DNA of 64,000 bases from Phoronis australis (Eukaryota > Animalia > Phoronida): NCBI GenBank assembly GCA_002633005.1, contig NMRA01000559.1, positions 212,867 through 276,866 of the forward strand. The letters run 5' to 3'. The notes below the pieces were generated by a model. It saw only the letters and a program-made list of their open reading frames with translations. It had not been told where the DNA came from and did not search any database. Below, in pieces: positions 26,688-38,000 of the stretch. A program made the translations under genes and the position numbers. Each line of letters starts with the position of its first letter. Position 1 is the first letter of the stretch.

Positions 26688-27155
26688 TCTCAAGTAAAAC
26701 TAGGCTGTCCATCGGATAGGTAATCATCATTTTTTCAGTACCTCGAAATGTCAGTTTATGTAATGGGTAATGATGTGATGCCTATTAGAAGCAATAATTT
26801 GTGGGCAATTACCATTCAAAATTGCCTGTTGCTCCAGAATTAAAGAAAGAACTTTTATGCTACTGTCTTTAGCAACTGGCAGTTGGATGCCTTGATTTCT
26901 TCCTAATTAGCGTTAAGGTTATGTTGAACCCTAGGAAAATCTCCATATTTGGTCAACTTCAGGATACCATATCTGGCTGTGGCTGATCGGATTAATAGCA
27001 TAATGGGCTCTATGGACTGTTCTCTACAATGCCGTTAAGAGTTTTTAATATGATTCTTTTTTGCATGAGGAATTACCAACAAGTTGCACTTTTGTGATTT
27101 TTATGAAATGTTTGAAGTTGCATAATACAAATCAAGCAAGAAATCTGTCACAGCG

Positions 27156-28333
27156 TTTTTATGCGCCCACATATTTATATGTGGACACATTATGCCGTCA
27201 TCTCCGTCCTTCCGGGCGGCGTCCGTCCGGCGTCCGCTGCTTTATCTCCAAAACCCTTTGACATACGTTCATGAAATTTGGCACATATGTTTCATTCGTG
27301 AATGGGACGGCATGTGCGAACTTTGGACAGATCCGACTACCGGTGTGCCCCCTAGTGGCAATTTTAGTTTTTTACGCTTACCTTTGTATCTTCAAAAGTC
27401 CTTAACGGATTTTCATGAAATTTGGTATGTAGGCACCTATTAGTGAGATGACGCTACCCTGCCATTTTCAGATGGATTCAACATAGTTTGCGCCACCTAG
27501 TGGCCATTTTTAGTGTTTTCGAGTCTGTTTTTGTGCGTCCACCCCTCTATCAACCAAACCGCTCAAAGGATGATTGTGAAAATTGGCATGTATATGCTTA
27601 CTATGTAGAGGACGGTTGACGATTTTCCGACGATTTCGACCACTGTGGCGCCTCCTAGTGGCAGTTTTGTTTTTTTTGCGCCTATGGCTGTATCTCCTAA
27701 TTTAATAAGTGTTTTTGTATTATGTTAACAACAGACGATGACGACTTTTGTACNNNNNNNNNNNNNNNNNNNNNNNNNNNNNNNNNNNNNNNNNNNNNNN
27801 NNNNNNNNNNNNNNNNNNNNNNNNNNNNNNNNNNNNNNNNNNNNNNNNNNNNNNNNNNNNNNNNNNNNNNNNNNNNNNNNNNNNNNNNNNNNNNNNNNNN
27901 NNNNNNNNNNNNNNNNNNNNNNNNNNNNNNNNNNNNNNNNNNNNNNNNNNNNNNNNNNNNNNNNNNNNNNNNNNNNNNNNNNNNNNNNNNNNNNNNNNNN
28001 NNNNNNNNNNNNNNNNNNNNNNNNNNNNNNNNNNNNNNNNNNNNNNNNNNNNNNNNNNNNNNNNNNNNNNNNNNNNNNNNNNNNNNNNNNNNNNNNNNNN
28101 NNNNNNNNNNNNNNNNNNNNNNNNNNNNNNNNNNNNNNNNNNNNNNNNNNTCACTCACATTTTGCCCCTAGCCTATTGAGGAGACAATGACCATGCCTTT
28201 CCATTTTGCAAAGTACAACATACTACATATATGCCCTCTACTGGCCACTTTATGGTACCAATAAACAGCCCTAGAAGGATACCGTATGCGGTGCAATTGT
28301 GGGCGCATTTCAACGCTCTGCGTTGCTCTTGTT
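27156..28333 (+). mobile_element. Helentron-associated non-autonomous element (HINE/DINE-1-like) with internal ~150-bp tandem units, interrupted by a gap
   Basis: T-run start; subTIR ATGCGCCCACA (27161) with adjacent inverted copy; CCGTCC microsatellite-like tract; 3' subTIR TGTGGGCGCAT (28298); terminal hairpin CAACGC-TCT-GCGTTG. Confidence 0.8.
27754..28150. other. Assembly gap
   Basis: N run. Confidence 1.
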
Positions 28334-28399
28334 GAGTTCTCATGTTGAACAGTTATATCAAGTGAAATTTCATCAAGAAATTGTTACTGTCGTGTTGTT

Positions 28400-29000
28400 G
28401 TTGAATACCTGTTGCTTTTGCTCAGTTTTACTAAAAAGATATGGTCATGTGACCCAATTAACGGTTATACCTGTCAATATTGCCATTGAGGTGTATTTGT
28501 TTGCTCCTAACTATGCTAATGTATAGCAGGAACTAAACGACAATGTTATTTCAATATCATCTACGCTAAACAAAATGCAATTGCATTCAGTGATAACTTG
28601 TTACTATTAAAACAAAAATTTCTGCAAATAGGTGACCTTTGCTCTAATGACGTACCTTGGGGGCTGACATAACACGCATCATGCAGTGTTATTCCCCAAC
28701 ACCGTGTCACGATACTTACTGGACACGGTTCAGTGACTTGCTGGGGATCAACCTACCTCATATTCAAACCATGGCTGTATGTTGTTTTTTTGTAACTAAT
28801 TTAACCTAGCAGTCACAGAGATAAGGAATCAGCGTGCAAGTTCCAACATTTTTGAGATCTCATCTTGAACATTTATATCAACCAAAATTTCTAGCATAAT
28901 ATTGATACTTTTGTTTTGATATCAATTAAACTTGTTCAGTTTTACTAAAAAGACACAGTTGCATGACCCAATTGATGGTAGGTTGGTAAAAAGTCAATAA
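28400..29000. repeat. Dispersed repeat with an inverted homolog at about 43660-44190 and a partial copy at about 15570-15690
   Basis: tgcagtgttattcccca.cac...cacga.acttactggacac is reverse-complemented at 43690-43735; shared catgtgacccaat block. Confidence 0.7.
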
Positions 29001-29670
29001 TGAAATTCTACAAGCTTCCTTCTTTCAAGACAATGCTTACTTTTACTGAATTAAAATTAGGCAGTCTTGTCAACAAGTTTCTCCTGAACCTTACAGGTTT
29101 GCAAGCCATGCGTGTTCAATTACTTCCCATTGCCTCAACTAGGAATAATCAAATATTATAATGGGCTTGAATGACACAAAGTGATGAGAAAGAAATTCCC
29201 TGTTGGTTACTATGGAAACAGCGTTGGGGCTTTTAGTAACCAAGTTGACGTGACATGTCTAAAACTAAATCTAAACTAAAACTGAATCTTTGAAGTTTTG
29301 CTAATTGATGGTTATTTTATCACTTGGAAATATTAGCTCTGCCAGAAAACTCATGAGTGAGGTTTAATTGTGTAGCACCAAGACCCAGGATTCTAATCTT
29401 AGTACTCAAAATCCATTTTATTTTAAAATTTGTGTAAACTCGATAATAACTGTCCATTATTCTGTGCTCGAGTACATTATGGTTTATATGGATAGCCATC
29501 TAATCCTAGTTTGCTCTTGATGACCCGAGGTTTGAAGCGACCATTCTGAACTCAAAATCTCACGTTTTTACTCGAGTTTGTTGTGCAAATCTCAGTGTCA
29601 TCAAGTACAAACTTGTACAAAAAATACAGGCTGTCTGATTCTTGAATTGCATGGGATGTACGCACACCTG

Positions 29671-30029
29671 GGCCCAGTTGCATAAAAGTTATACGCCGTA
29701 TAGCAACAATGACGTCGCATTGCAGTGGTGGATCTAGAATAAGGGGGGCCCAACATGTTGCCTCGGGGAATTGGGCAAAGCGTGATTGTATGTGCACAGG
29801 CGGCCCGAAAGTTGTGAGGGCTGAGTGTGTGGCGCAAATTCTGTCAGTGGACTAAAAAAACAGGAATACAATTCCGTGGCCCCTCATCCGTTAACGGTCC
29901 TAGTTACTGAACTTTTCATTTTCCTCTCTGCCCTCCCCCCCCTAAATCTGCCTATGCACGCGTCACGTTTATAGTGCAACAATCAAACTTATCCAGTGGA
30001 TATCTTTTGAAGCTTTATGCAACTCAGCC
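29671..30029. mobile_element. Harbinger-like MITE with a probable nested hAT-like MITE (about 29723-29956)
   Basis: TIR GGCCCAGTTGCATAAA / TTTATGCAACTCAGCC with CTG flanks. The nested CAGTGGTGGATCTAG...CTAAATCTGCCTATG has no clear TSD. Confidence 0.6.
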
Positions 30030-30609
30030 CTGATGCACATAAACACCTGATTATTTGAAACTCATGAGATCCTTGCTATGTTACTGTTTATATACTGTAG
30101 TGATTAGGCTCTTCCATAGATAGGTTGTAGAAGTTTGTAGCCATGTTATAGGGCCACATTCGTGTAACGGGGCTCAATGTAAACTGCCGGTAGTTTTGTT
30201 GGATTATTTATTCGCAGAGTTGAGTCTAAGTCAGTGTGAATTAGATACTCTTTGGCTGTCTTTCGATTAAAGATATTCAGTGAACTAATATGGCAAACAG
30301 CAGCTCCAATATACAACCTTCCCCATATACTGCAGAAACTATAATGAAATCAAAAACAGGTCTGACTCAATGCCTCTATTTAGCAGTACACAGAACCGGT
30401 TTGAACCAGTTACTAACGCATCTTCTCTGAGATTAACACCCAAAACATTACCCTAACTTTCCAGCAGTGACCAATGGTCTAACAGTAACAGTCTCGCACA
30501 CTCAAGCTTCACAACTGCGGTTCAATTCCCAAAAACTCTGAATTTTTGCAAACATTAATTTCTAAAACCTATAAAATATACTACTATCACATTCGTCTGC
30601 TATTGGTGC

Positions 30610-31365
30610 TTCGCATTTGAACCAAGGTGCTGCCCACAAATGGTATCTACAACCACCGCTGCTTCCGCTTGTCTGATCATTTCACTTAACCTTCTACCCA
30701 GAAGTATTATTGATTCCCCTGAACAAGTCTGGTCGTGTCACTTTCACTCCTTTTCATGGCAGTAGGGTCCAGTGATTCCCCAGAGCAAGTCTCGTCATTT
30801 CGTGTTCAATTCTGGCTAAACAGGGTGGGTTCTAGTAATTCCCTAGAACAAGTGTCCACAGCCAGTGTATAGAATCCCTGAAATGAGGGTAAAAGATGAC
30901 GAATGTCCAGGCAAATGCCCATAGCCTAGAAGGTCACATTCCTTTATCATTGATGTTTGGTATTTGGTCCAAGTTGCTGTCCACAGATGGCGTCCACAAC
31001 CACAGCTGCTGCCAGTTGTCTGGTCATGTCATCATGTAATCTACCCAGAAGGATTGGTGGTTCCCCAAAACAAGCCTGGTCATATCACTTTCATTTCTGT
31101 CCCAATACTGGCAGGATCCAGTGATTTCCACAGCCGAAATTGCTTCTTCTTACTGTGTATTAGTTTCTCTTTGAGGTGACACTAGGGGTCTGTAGCCAGG
31201 TAAGTTACAGTCATCGGTTCTTGACGCTTGCAATTTGGTCCAAGTTAATACATACGGAAAGTTTCCTCAGCCACGACTACTTTCGCTTTAACGTCCGGTG
31301 ATCTCATTTCGGTGTCTACCTCTCAAAGTAGAGTGATACCCTAGAACAAGTGCCTGCAGCATAAC
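30610..31365. repeat. Degenerate higher-order tandem repeat: three large units with ~60-bp subunits
   Basis: atttg..ccaag.tgctg.ccaca.atgg near 30616, 30962 and 31233; ttccc..gaacaag subunit recurs. Confidence 0.65.
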
Positions 31366-33617
31366 TTGTTTTCTCTCACCAAATTATATGGGGCAGGCAA
31401 GAAGAGTTAAAACGTCAAGGTCTAAAAGAGCTTCTATCACCGAGTTTCAGCATCTCAGCTGTTTTAAGAGACGAGTCCCATCTCGTATACTTCAGCCTGG
31501 GCTCCAGCAGGTGTGTTGCCACGTAGAGGCCCTGTGCGCGTCTTGTTGTGGGAGAAACTATGTACTGATGGACAAGGCCGGTCAGCGGTCAGCAGCTAAA
31601 AGGGAAACACTTAGCAAAGCTTAGATACAACTACTGCTGCTTACCGCACTTGACACTACACCATAACCTGTGGTCAAACCATCAACACACCAAATGTGGA
31701 CTAGACACTTTGTGGTAACCACAGAGAATATGCAGTTATCTTGAGCTCACATCAAAGTGGAGTGGAACATTGTCAAAAATGGAATTTTGACAATTATTTT
31801 TGTTAACTTTAAGGGTTGTGAGATTTTATTGTATAGGACAATATATTGAATAAGAATAACTCAAAAAATAGATGATAAATTTAAACGCCTGTTGCTTGCA
31901 GTAAAGCCAATGCGTCCATGGGAGTATGTGTCATCTTACCGCTAGCAGTTTTCAAAGTGTGGAAGTCTGTAATTGTTTTGTACGATTACGTCTGCTTAGT
32001 AATTCGTGGAAGGTTGTGAAGTTTGGGCTTTCGTTCGTATATCGCTCACTCGTTCGGTCAGTCAGGTATCATTTTTTACCCAAAAGAGAGATTTTGAAAA
32101 GATTTCCAAGAAATGTCCAAGAATGGACAAAGGAATGATTAATTATTAATATGTTATGCAATTGTCGTTTGTAATGCAAAACAATCAACAAATATTTAGT
32201 TATAACACCGCGATCACAAGGTAATGTCAGCACTCTTGACGTTTACGCACTCAAGTCTGCGCACATGACTTGACATTTCATTGATTTGAAAGAATACTTT
32301 AGCCTTTCAAAACACCTCTTTTGTGGTGGAGAGAACTGAGATATGTTCATGCAGGTTTGCATTCACCGGGTGGTTTACATGTTACAGTAATGGTTATTTA
32401 AAAACAAATGTGACGTCATAAACTCATATTTCAGATTCAATAGTTCTCTATATTGAGCACTCTTACCTTCATGTTGACCGCTGCTATGGTAACGGGATTG
32501 TTTTGAAAATTATTTAGTGAAGTAAAGGAGAACTTATAGTGGTTTCATCCCAATATCTTTTTGTCGCCGTAAGCCACTATTTTGCCACTGCGCCACCACA
32601 TCAGCGAACTTGAAAGCCTCTGAAGCGTTTTATGTTATGTGGATTCTAACTTCATAATTTGTCCAAATCATATGATAATTGTAAATAATTTAGCGGGATT
32701 TCCGGATGAAAACGATGAAGTATCCATTTGCACATTTTAATTGTCATCAATTTGAGTTTGTTAGGCCATAAATGCTTTTGTACGGTGTGTTATAGTTTTG
32801 AGACATCCTGTGTTTCAAATTGAACTCTTGTCATCTGAGGTGTCACCAAACTGCTAAAACAGCTTATAAGTGACTCTTTCCTCTTACAATGAATGTTTCA
32901 AGTCAGTGGTTGAATATGGGAACTGCTGACGGTAATGCAAGTTTCTGAAGGGGCCCTGCCTCTTTCTGGACTCGAAGTCACTTTAGAAAGATTAACATTT
33001 CTAAAAAAGCTCCCAAGGGGCTCTTTCGGAAATCCCTGGTTCTGTTGGTACTGATTGTGACAGGAAATCCATGTCTCTCTCCATTTCATTTACGGCTACA
33101 AAAAATAAATTGATTGTCCACAGTCAAACAATCAGCATTTTGGCACATAATATTGTTGAGTCAACTTCTTCTTATACTTTTCAAAAATCCTCCCATCAAT
33201 AATTCCTTAGAATACAACATGGCAGACAACTGAGCACTTATTTTGTGAAATTTCTCCTCAGAGATGAATATAGAGAGTGGGAGATTATGTCACGTAGAAC
33301 AGTATAACTTCATTACCGGGTGGACAGCAAAGGCACAAGTTGCTAATAGCGGACTATCACAAAGTAAAAATGCACATTTATGTAAATAGTAAGTAATAAC
33401 AATAAAAGTAGTATATTATATATAACTGTTTGGGTGTTTATTGGTATTCAGGTGACTTATTTGTTTTTGTATTGTATTCTTCGATGCATCAATATACATA
33501 AAAGTTTATTATAGGAAACAATAGAATACAATGCAATACAGAACAATGAAAGTGTGTGTATAAACAAATTCTTTTTCTTCCATAAAAATTAATCCAAAAC
33601 ATTGCGAAAGTTAGAAG

Positions 33618-33862
33618 TGTATAGTCACGGCTAAATACCAACATAGCGGCGAGGCTTGTGATGTACAAATTCCATGCTCAATGATTTTTTCAGGACTGTC
33701 GGATCTTATTGATAAATTGAAGACGTTACTGTAGAATTTTAGAACTGTAGGTAAGGCACTTTTCGCATGTGCAAGTTCATAGACTGGGCGCTTATTTTAG
33801 CGAACTCTGAAAATGCGTGGGGGCTCTTATAGGGGGATGGACGCTTATTAGGGCGGATACAG
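33618..33862 (+). mobile_element. 3' half of a TA-flanked DNA element: C-terminus of a HIRAN-like ORF plus right TIR
   Basis: Reads [38 protein letters not shown]; ends GCTTATTAGGGCGGATACAG followed by TA. Confidence 0.6.
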
Positions 33863-33988
33863 TATGCCTTTTTGAAGCTGAAATTCTTGTGAGGCAGACA
33901 CTTTTTAAAATAAATCGCAAAAATGGTGGGTGCTATTAGCCAGGCTTGTGCATTGGCCGGGATGGGTGCAGTACTGGGTTTTGTTAAC

Positions 33989-34270
33989 GGCATCGTGCCC
34001 TGTAATCAAATAGTTCTGTTCTCCAAAGTAAGATGGACACTGCAATTAAGATTTATTTCGTTACTGGCATCGTGCCTCGCAATCAAATAATTCTGTTCGG
34101 CAAAGTAAGATGGACAGTGCAGTAGATTTAATTTCTTAATGGCATCATGCCCCATTGTCAAATAATTCTGTTCACCAAAGTAAGATGGACAGCGCAATAG
34201 GTTTCGTTAAATTCATTGTGCCTCATAATAAATAATTCGGTTCAGCTAATTTAAGTTGGACAGCACAATG
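33989..34270. repeat. Tandem repeat, about 75-bp unit, four copies
   Basis: ggcatcgtgcc...caaata.ttctgttc...caaagtaagatggaca recurs. Confidence 0.88.
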
Positions 34271-34984
34271 CCTTGATAATGTGAAACGGACATGATCCTC
34301 TTCTTGGCTAACTACTCCTGTCCATTAACTAGCAGCTGATTAACACCTGTACCTATCCTTGATGATGCACTTTGCCACTCTAGGGCTGTTGCAAATCTCA
34401 TCCAATTAAATAAATGCACTCTCGAAATACCCCTGGAAATATATTCTAACTAGCGTTGATTTGCAGCATTGTAATCTGAGTGTGCTAATAGATAGGTGGC
34501 AAAACTGGCCAAAAGATGAGACTAGAACATTTTTGTAAGAAATGCAATATTATTTACGCCTTCTCCTAAGCTTACTACATTTTGCAGATTGTATCCAGAA
34601 CGCATTCCGAGTAGGAAGAATACATTCCAGGCTTGGCTTTTCAAAACTCATAGGGGGTAATAAAATAATTATCTTCTCAGCCAGCTGTGTTTATTTACAC
34701 AGACTAACTGGGACATTTGCATGATGAAGAGCCAGGGTTCACAGAGAGTTACTTTCACTGACCTTGCCTGTCAATTTCAAAAGGCATATTGTGTTTGAAG
34801 GACACTTCTGATTTATAATCACTTCAAAATTCTAAGCCACCATGCGGACTAGTATTTCTCCAAGCCCAAACTGAACTTGCATTCACTTTCAGTGTTATGT
34901 GAACAATATCAAGTTGCAATTTGTCAGTTTCTCTAAATTCAATGATTTTTGCTTTTAATTGCAAGTTCCCTTTCTTCTTTTCAG

Positions 34985-35091
34985 CACAGACAGTTCAATG
35001 GACGAGATTACATAATGGAGCGTGCCATCACCGGTGATTTTGCACTCATTAAAGGTTGGAAGGCAGATAAAGCTGGAAATGTTATTTTTAG
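34985..35091 (+). CDS. OXCT1: OXCT1 coding exon ([36 protein letters not shown])
   Basis: Polypyrimidine-cag acceptor, gtactg donor, 107 nt. Confidence 0.93.
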
Positions 35092-38000
35092 GTACTGTCA
35101 TTTTAAAAACTGATGCTCATTCCCATTGTGTGCATGTAAGACATCTTTATACAAAAGTTTATTTGCTGATTTGGTCTACGTTTAAAAATTAAAGATGCAT
35201 TTCTGTGCTCATTTACCTGTCATTGTTGAATTCTTAACCGAAGCGCTTTGGGATTAAAAACATTACCACGCTTATCCGGTCATGAATTGTAGCCGAATGA
35301 GCTGACAACTCAAGTCACAGTAATGTGTATACCGTATTTGCCCAAATAAGCGCACAGGGCGCTTGGAAAAATTCGCTTAAGGAAGGGGGGCACTTATTAT
35401 AGCCTAGAGTGGTTGAAACCTGGTCTCCGTAACAGGTGAAATCGTAAGCTAAAATATTTCAAATTTATGCTTTGTGACACATCTGTAACCTATGACAGTT
35501 TCTACAAAATTGCTGTGCATTGCTATCAAACTTTTGTTGTTCAATTACGAGCATTTTTCAGAAAATCCCAGTTCGAAAACTCACCGACTGATAGAGATGC
35601 GTCGCTGCTTCGCGATTGCCGATAGGTCAACTTGAATTCTTGAGTAAAAATATAGTTTCGACTCAACAAATTACCTAAAGTCCTCCTTAAGTTTTCAAAA
35701 TAGCTTCCCTAAGATTTTTAAGTTCCTGAATATTAAGTCCAAATCTGCGCTAGATCATACTCCGCAACATGAGAAAAATCTCTGGACGAACACACGTGTT
35801 GTTCATCTACGTATTGTGTGAGAAAGCAAGTGCGTTCGTGTTGTCAGAGTTCATTTGCCACAGTAAACGCGATGTAACGATCTAGGTGTGCATTGTAACT
35901 AAGGAAATTAACACAAGCAGTAAAGCAGAACGTGGTTTATTTAGCACTTGTTGATCTCATCTGCTAAAAAGCATTCGAGAATTGTCTCAGTAAGGCCGAT
36001 GAGTTGCCGGGTGACTGGATGCGCGACAGTCTAACAGTTATTTTTCGGGATATTGGGGGATGGGTGTAAGGGTGCGGAAGTGTTCACTCTCAGTGGGTCA
36101 TTTTAACTTTGAAAACACCAATTTCGACTAATTTAATAATTCCCCCTTAAAAACACCACAAACATTTTTTACGGTATTAGAAACTTTCAGAAATAAGTGC
36201 CAGTATTTATTTCTTGCCGATGCTATACTACCTGTTTCATGAATAGATAGTTCCCGAAGACTGATCTTCGGTGACAGGAACTTCCTGGCCACGTGCTTTT
36301 AACTGAACAAAGGTCAAGCTTTTATTATTCTTCAGTTCGTGGTTTTCACGTGTACAAAGAAATTTGGATTCCTGTTGAGGGAGAAGATCTGTACGGGAAA
36401 GATACAATACAATCCCTTTGACAAGTACACTGCATCTGTTCTGAAAGGCCAGACAATAATAGGGAATGTCCCCTGCAAGATCAGCAAAACTTGTGTTCTT
36501 TTTGAAGCACAGTGGAAGATTGAAATGTATAGTCACGGCTAAATACCAAATTTGTTAAATTGTCTTTTTCAATTATTAGACAAAAAATATTTTAAAACGT
36601 GACAAAAATTTACAATCGATATCTCTGTTGTCTAAAAATAAAAGTTTCATGATTGAAAACATAAACGGGGAGGAGTGTATTGATGTAGTGAACTGTAGTC
36701 TATGAGCTGGGAAAATATTGTTGTGTTAGGAGCATGACGCAGTAATTTTTTATTCTGTTGGTCACACGAATTTCAGCTATTCAAGTCTCACGGAGCTAAT
36801 TAATGTGTTCATCTTGTGCCATGGACCAGGTGGCCAGGCTCCGGTAGTAGCTTATACGAATGCTTCCTTTTACTTCATATTCCATAATACTTACACTATT
36901 TGGCAGCATTCCAAGTTTTCTTGCTGAAGTTATTTCACCACCTATTGGTATTCTATAAGAAACACGCCGTCGTTCATTGTTGGTCGTCAGTCGCCTAACA
37001 AAGTCACCGTAGACCACAAGTATGTTAGTTTTCTCCTGTTTAAATTTATTTTCAATGTTCTTGCAAGTTGCCAATTGTCACTGTATAGCAAGTTTAATTT
37101 ATTATTTTGATATTGCACGTTCGTTGTTATGTTTATACTGTTTACCAGAGTTAATTACTCCCAGTAAAACACGCTTAGCCCACTCGAGTAGACTGCCTTT
37201 TATTCAATCGTTCCTTAATGAATTTCACTTTTGACTTAACGGCAATTCTAAAATGGCGGAGTATCACTCGGCTCCAGTTCGTGACAAATGAGGATTTGTC
37301 TGAATTTTTTTGCCTATGGATTTCATTAGAATTAGCCTGTACTTACTAATGGTTTCTTTATGACATGTTTTAACCATCCAATTGGGGTTAAAGACCTGTA
37401 TTATTAAGACATTATTAGACAGTCGTTCGATGCAGTTGCAGCCGTGCTTGACAAATTTGTAATTTTGAGAGCCTAATTGCATAATGTGTGGACATATCAC
37501 TCACATAACGTCTTAATTAGTTGAGATCTCCCTACAGTTGTCAGTTACATGTCTTTTTGCAGAAGAGTAACGCACGTTTTGTAGTGTGTAGGTGGCTGTA
37601 GTTCGGCAGCAAGTTTTCTGATATGCAAAATTGGTTGAATACATGACACTTGTTGTTATTAACAGTCTTTATTCCGTTGCGTTCGTATCCTTGGAACAAA
37701 GTTCGAGACTCAACGAAACATTGATAATTAAAAGCAACTTAAAGAGACTTGATTAAAAGAGACACCCGATACTTCAAAACATACTTGTTTCATTCTCAAG
37801 TGGAAATAAAATGACGCAGTAATACTCCCACGGAGCAAAAGCTGGAAACATACACCGCACAACAGGTGTGAAATACTGCAAAGAATATCAAATGAAGAGG
37901 CGTAACAAGAAAGTCGAGCAAAAGAATTGTAGCGTGCGGCGCAACCCTGTTTGCTGTTCATTCAAAGCAGGCTTCTCGAATGCAATCATGAGACTCCAAT

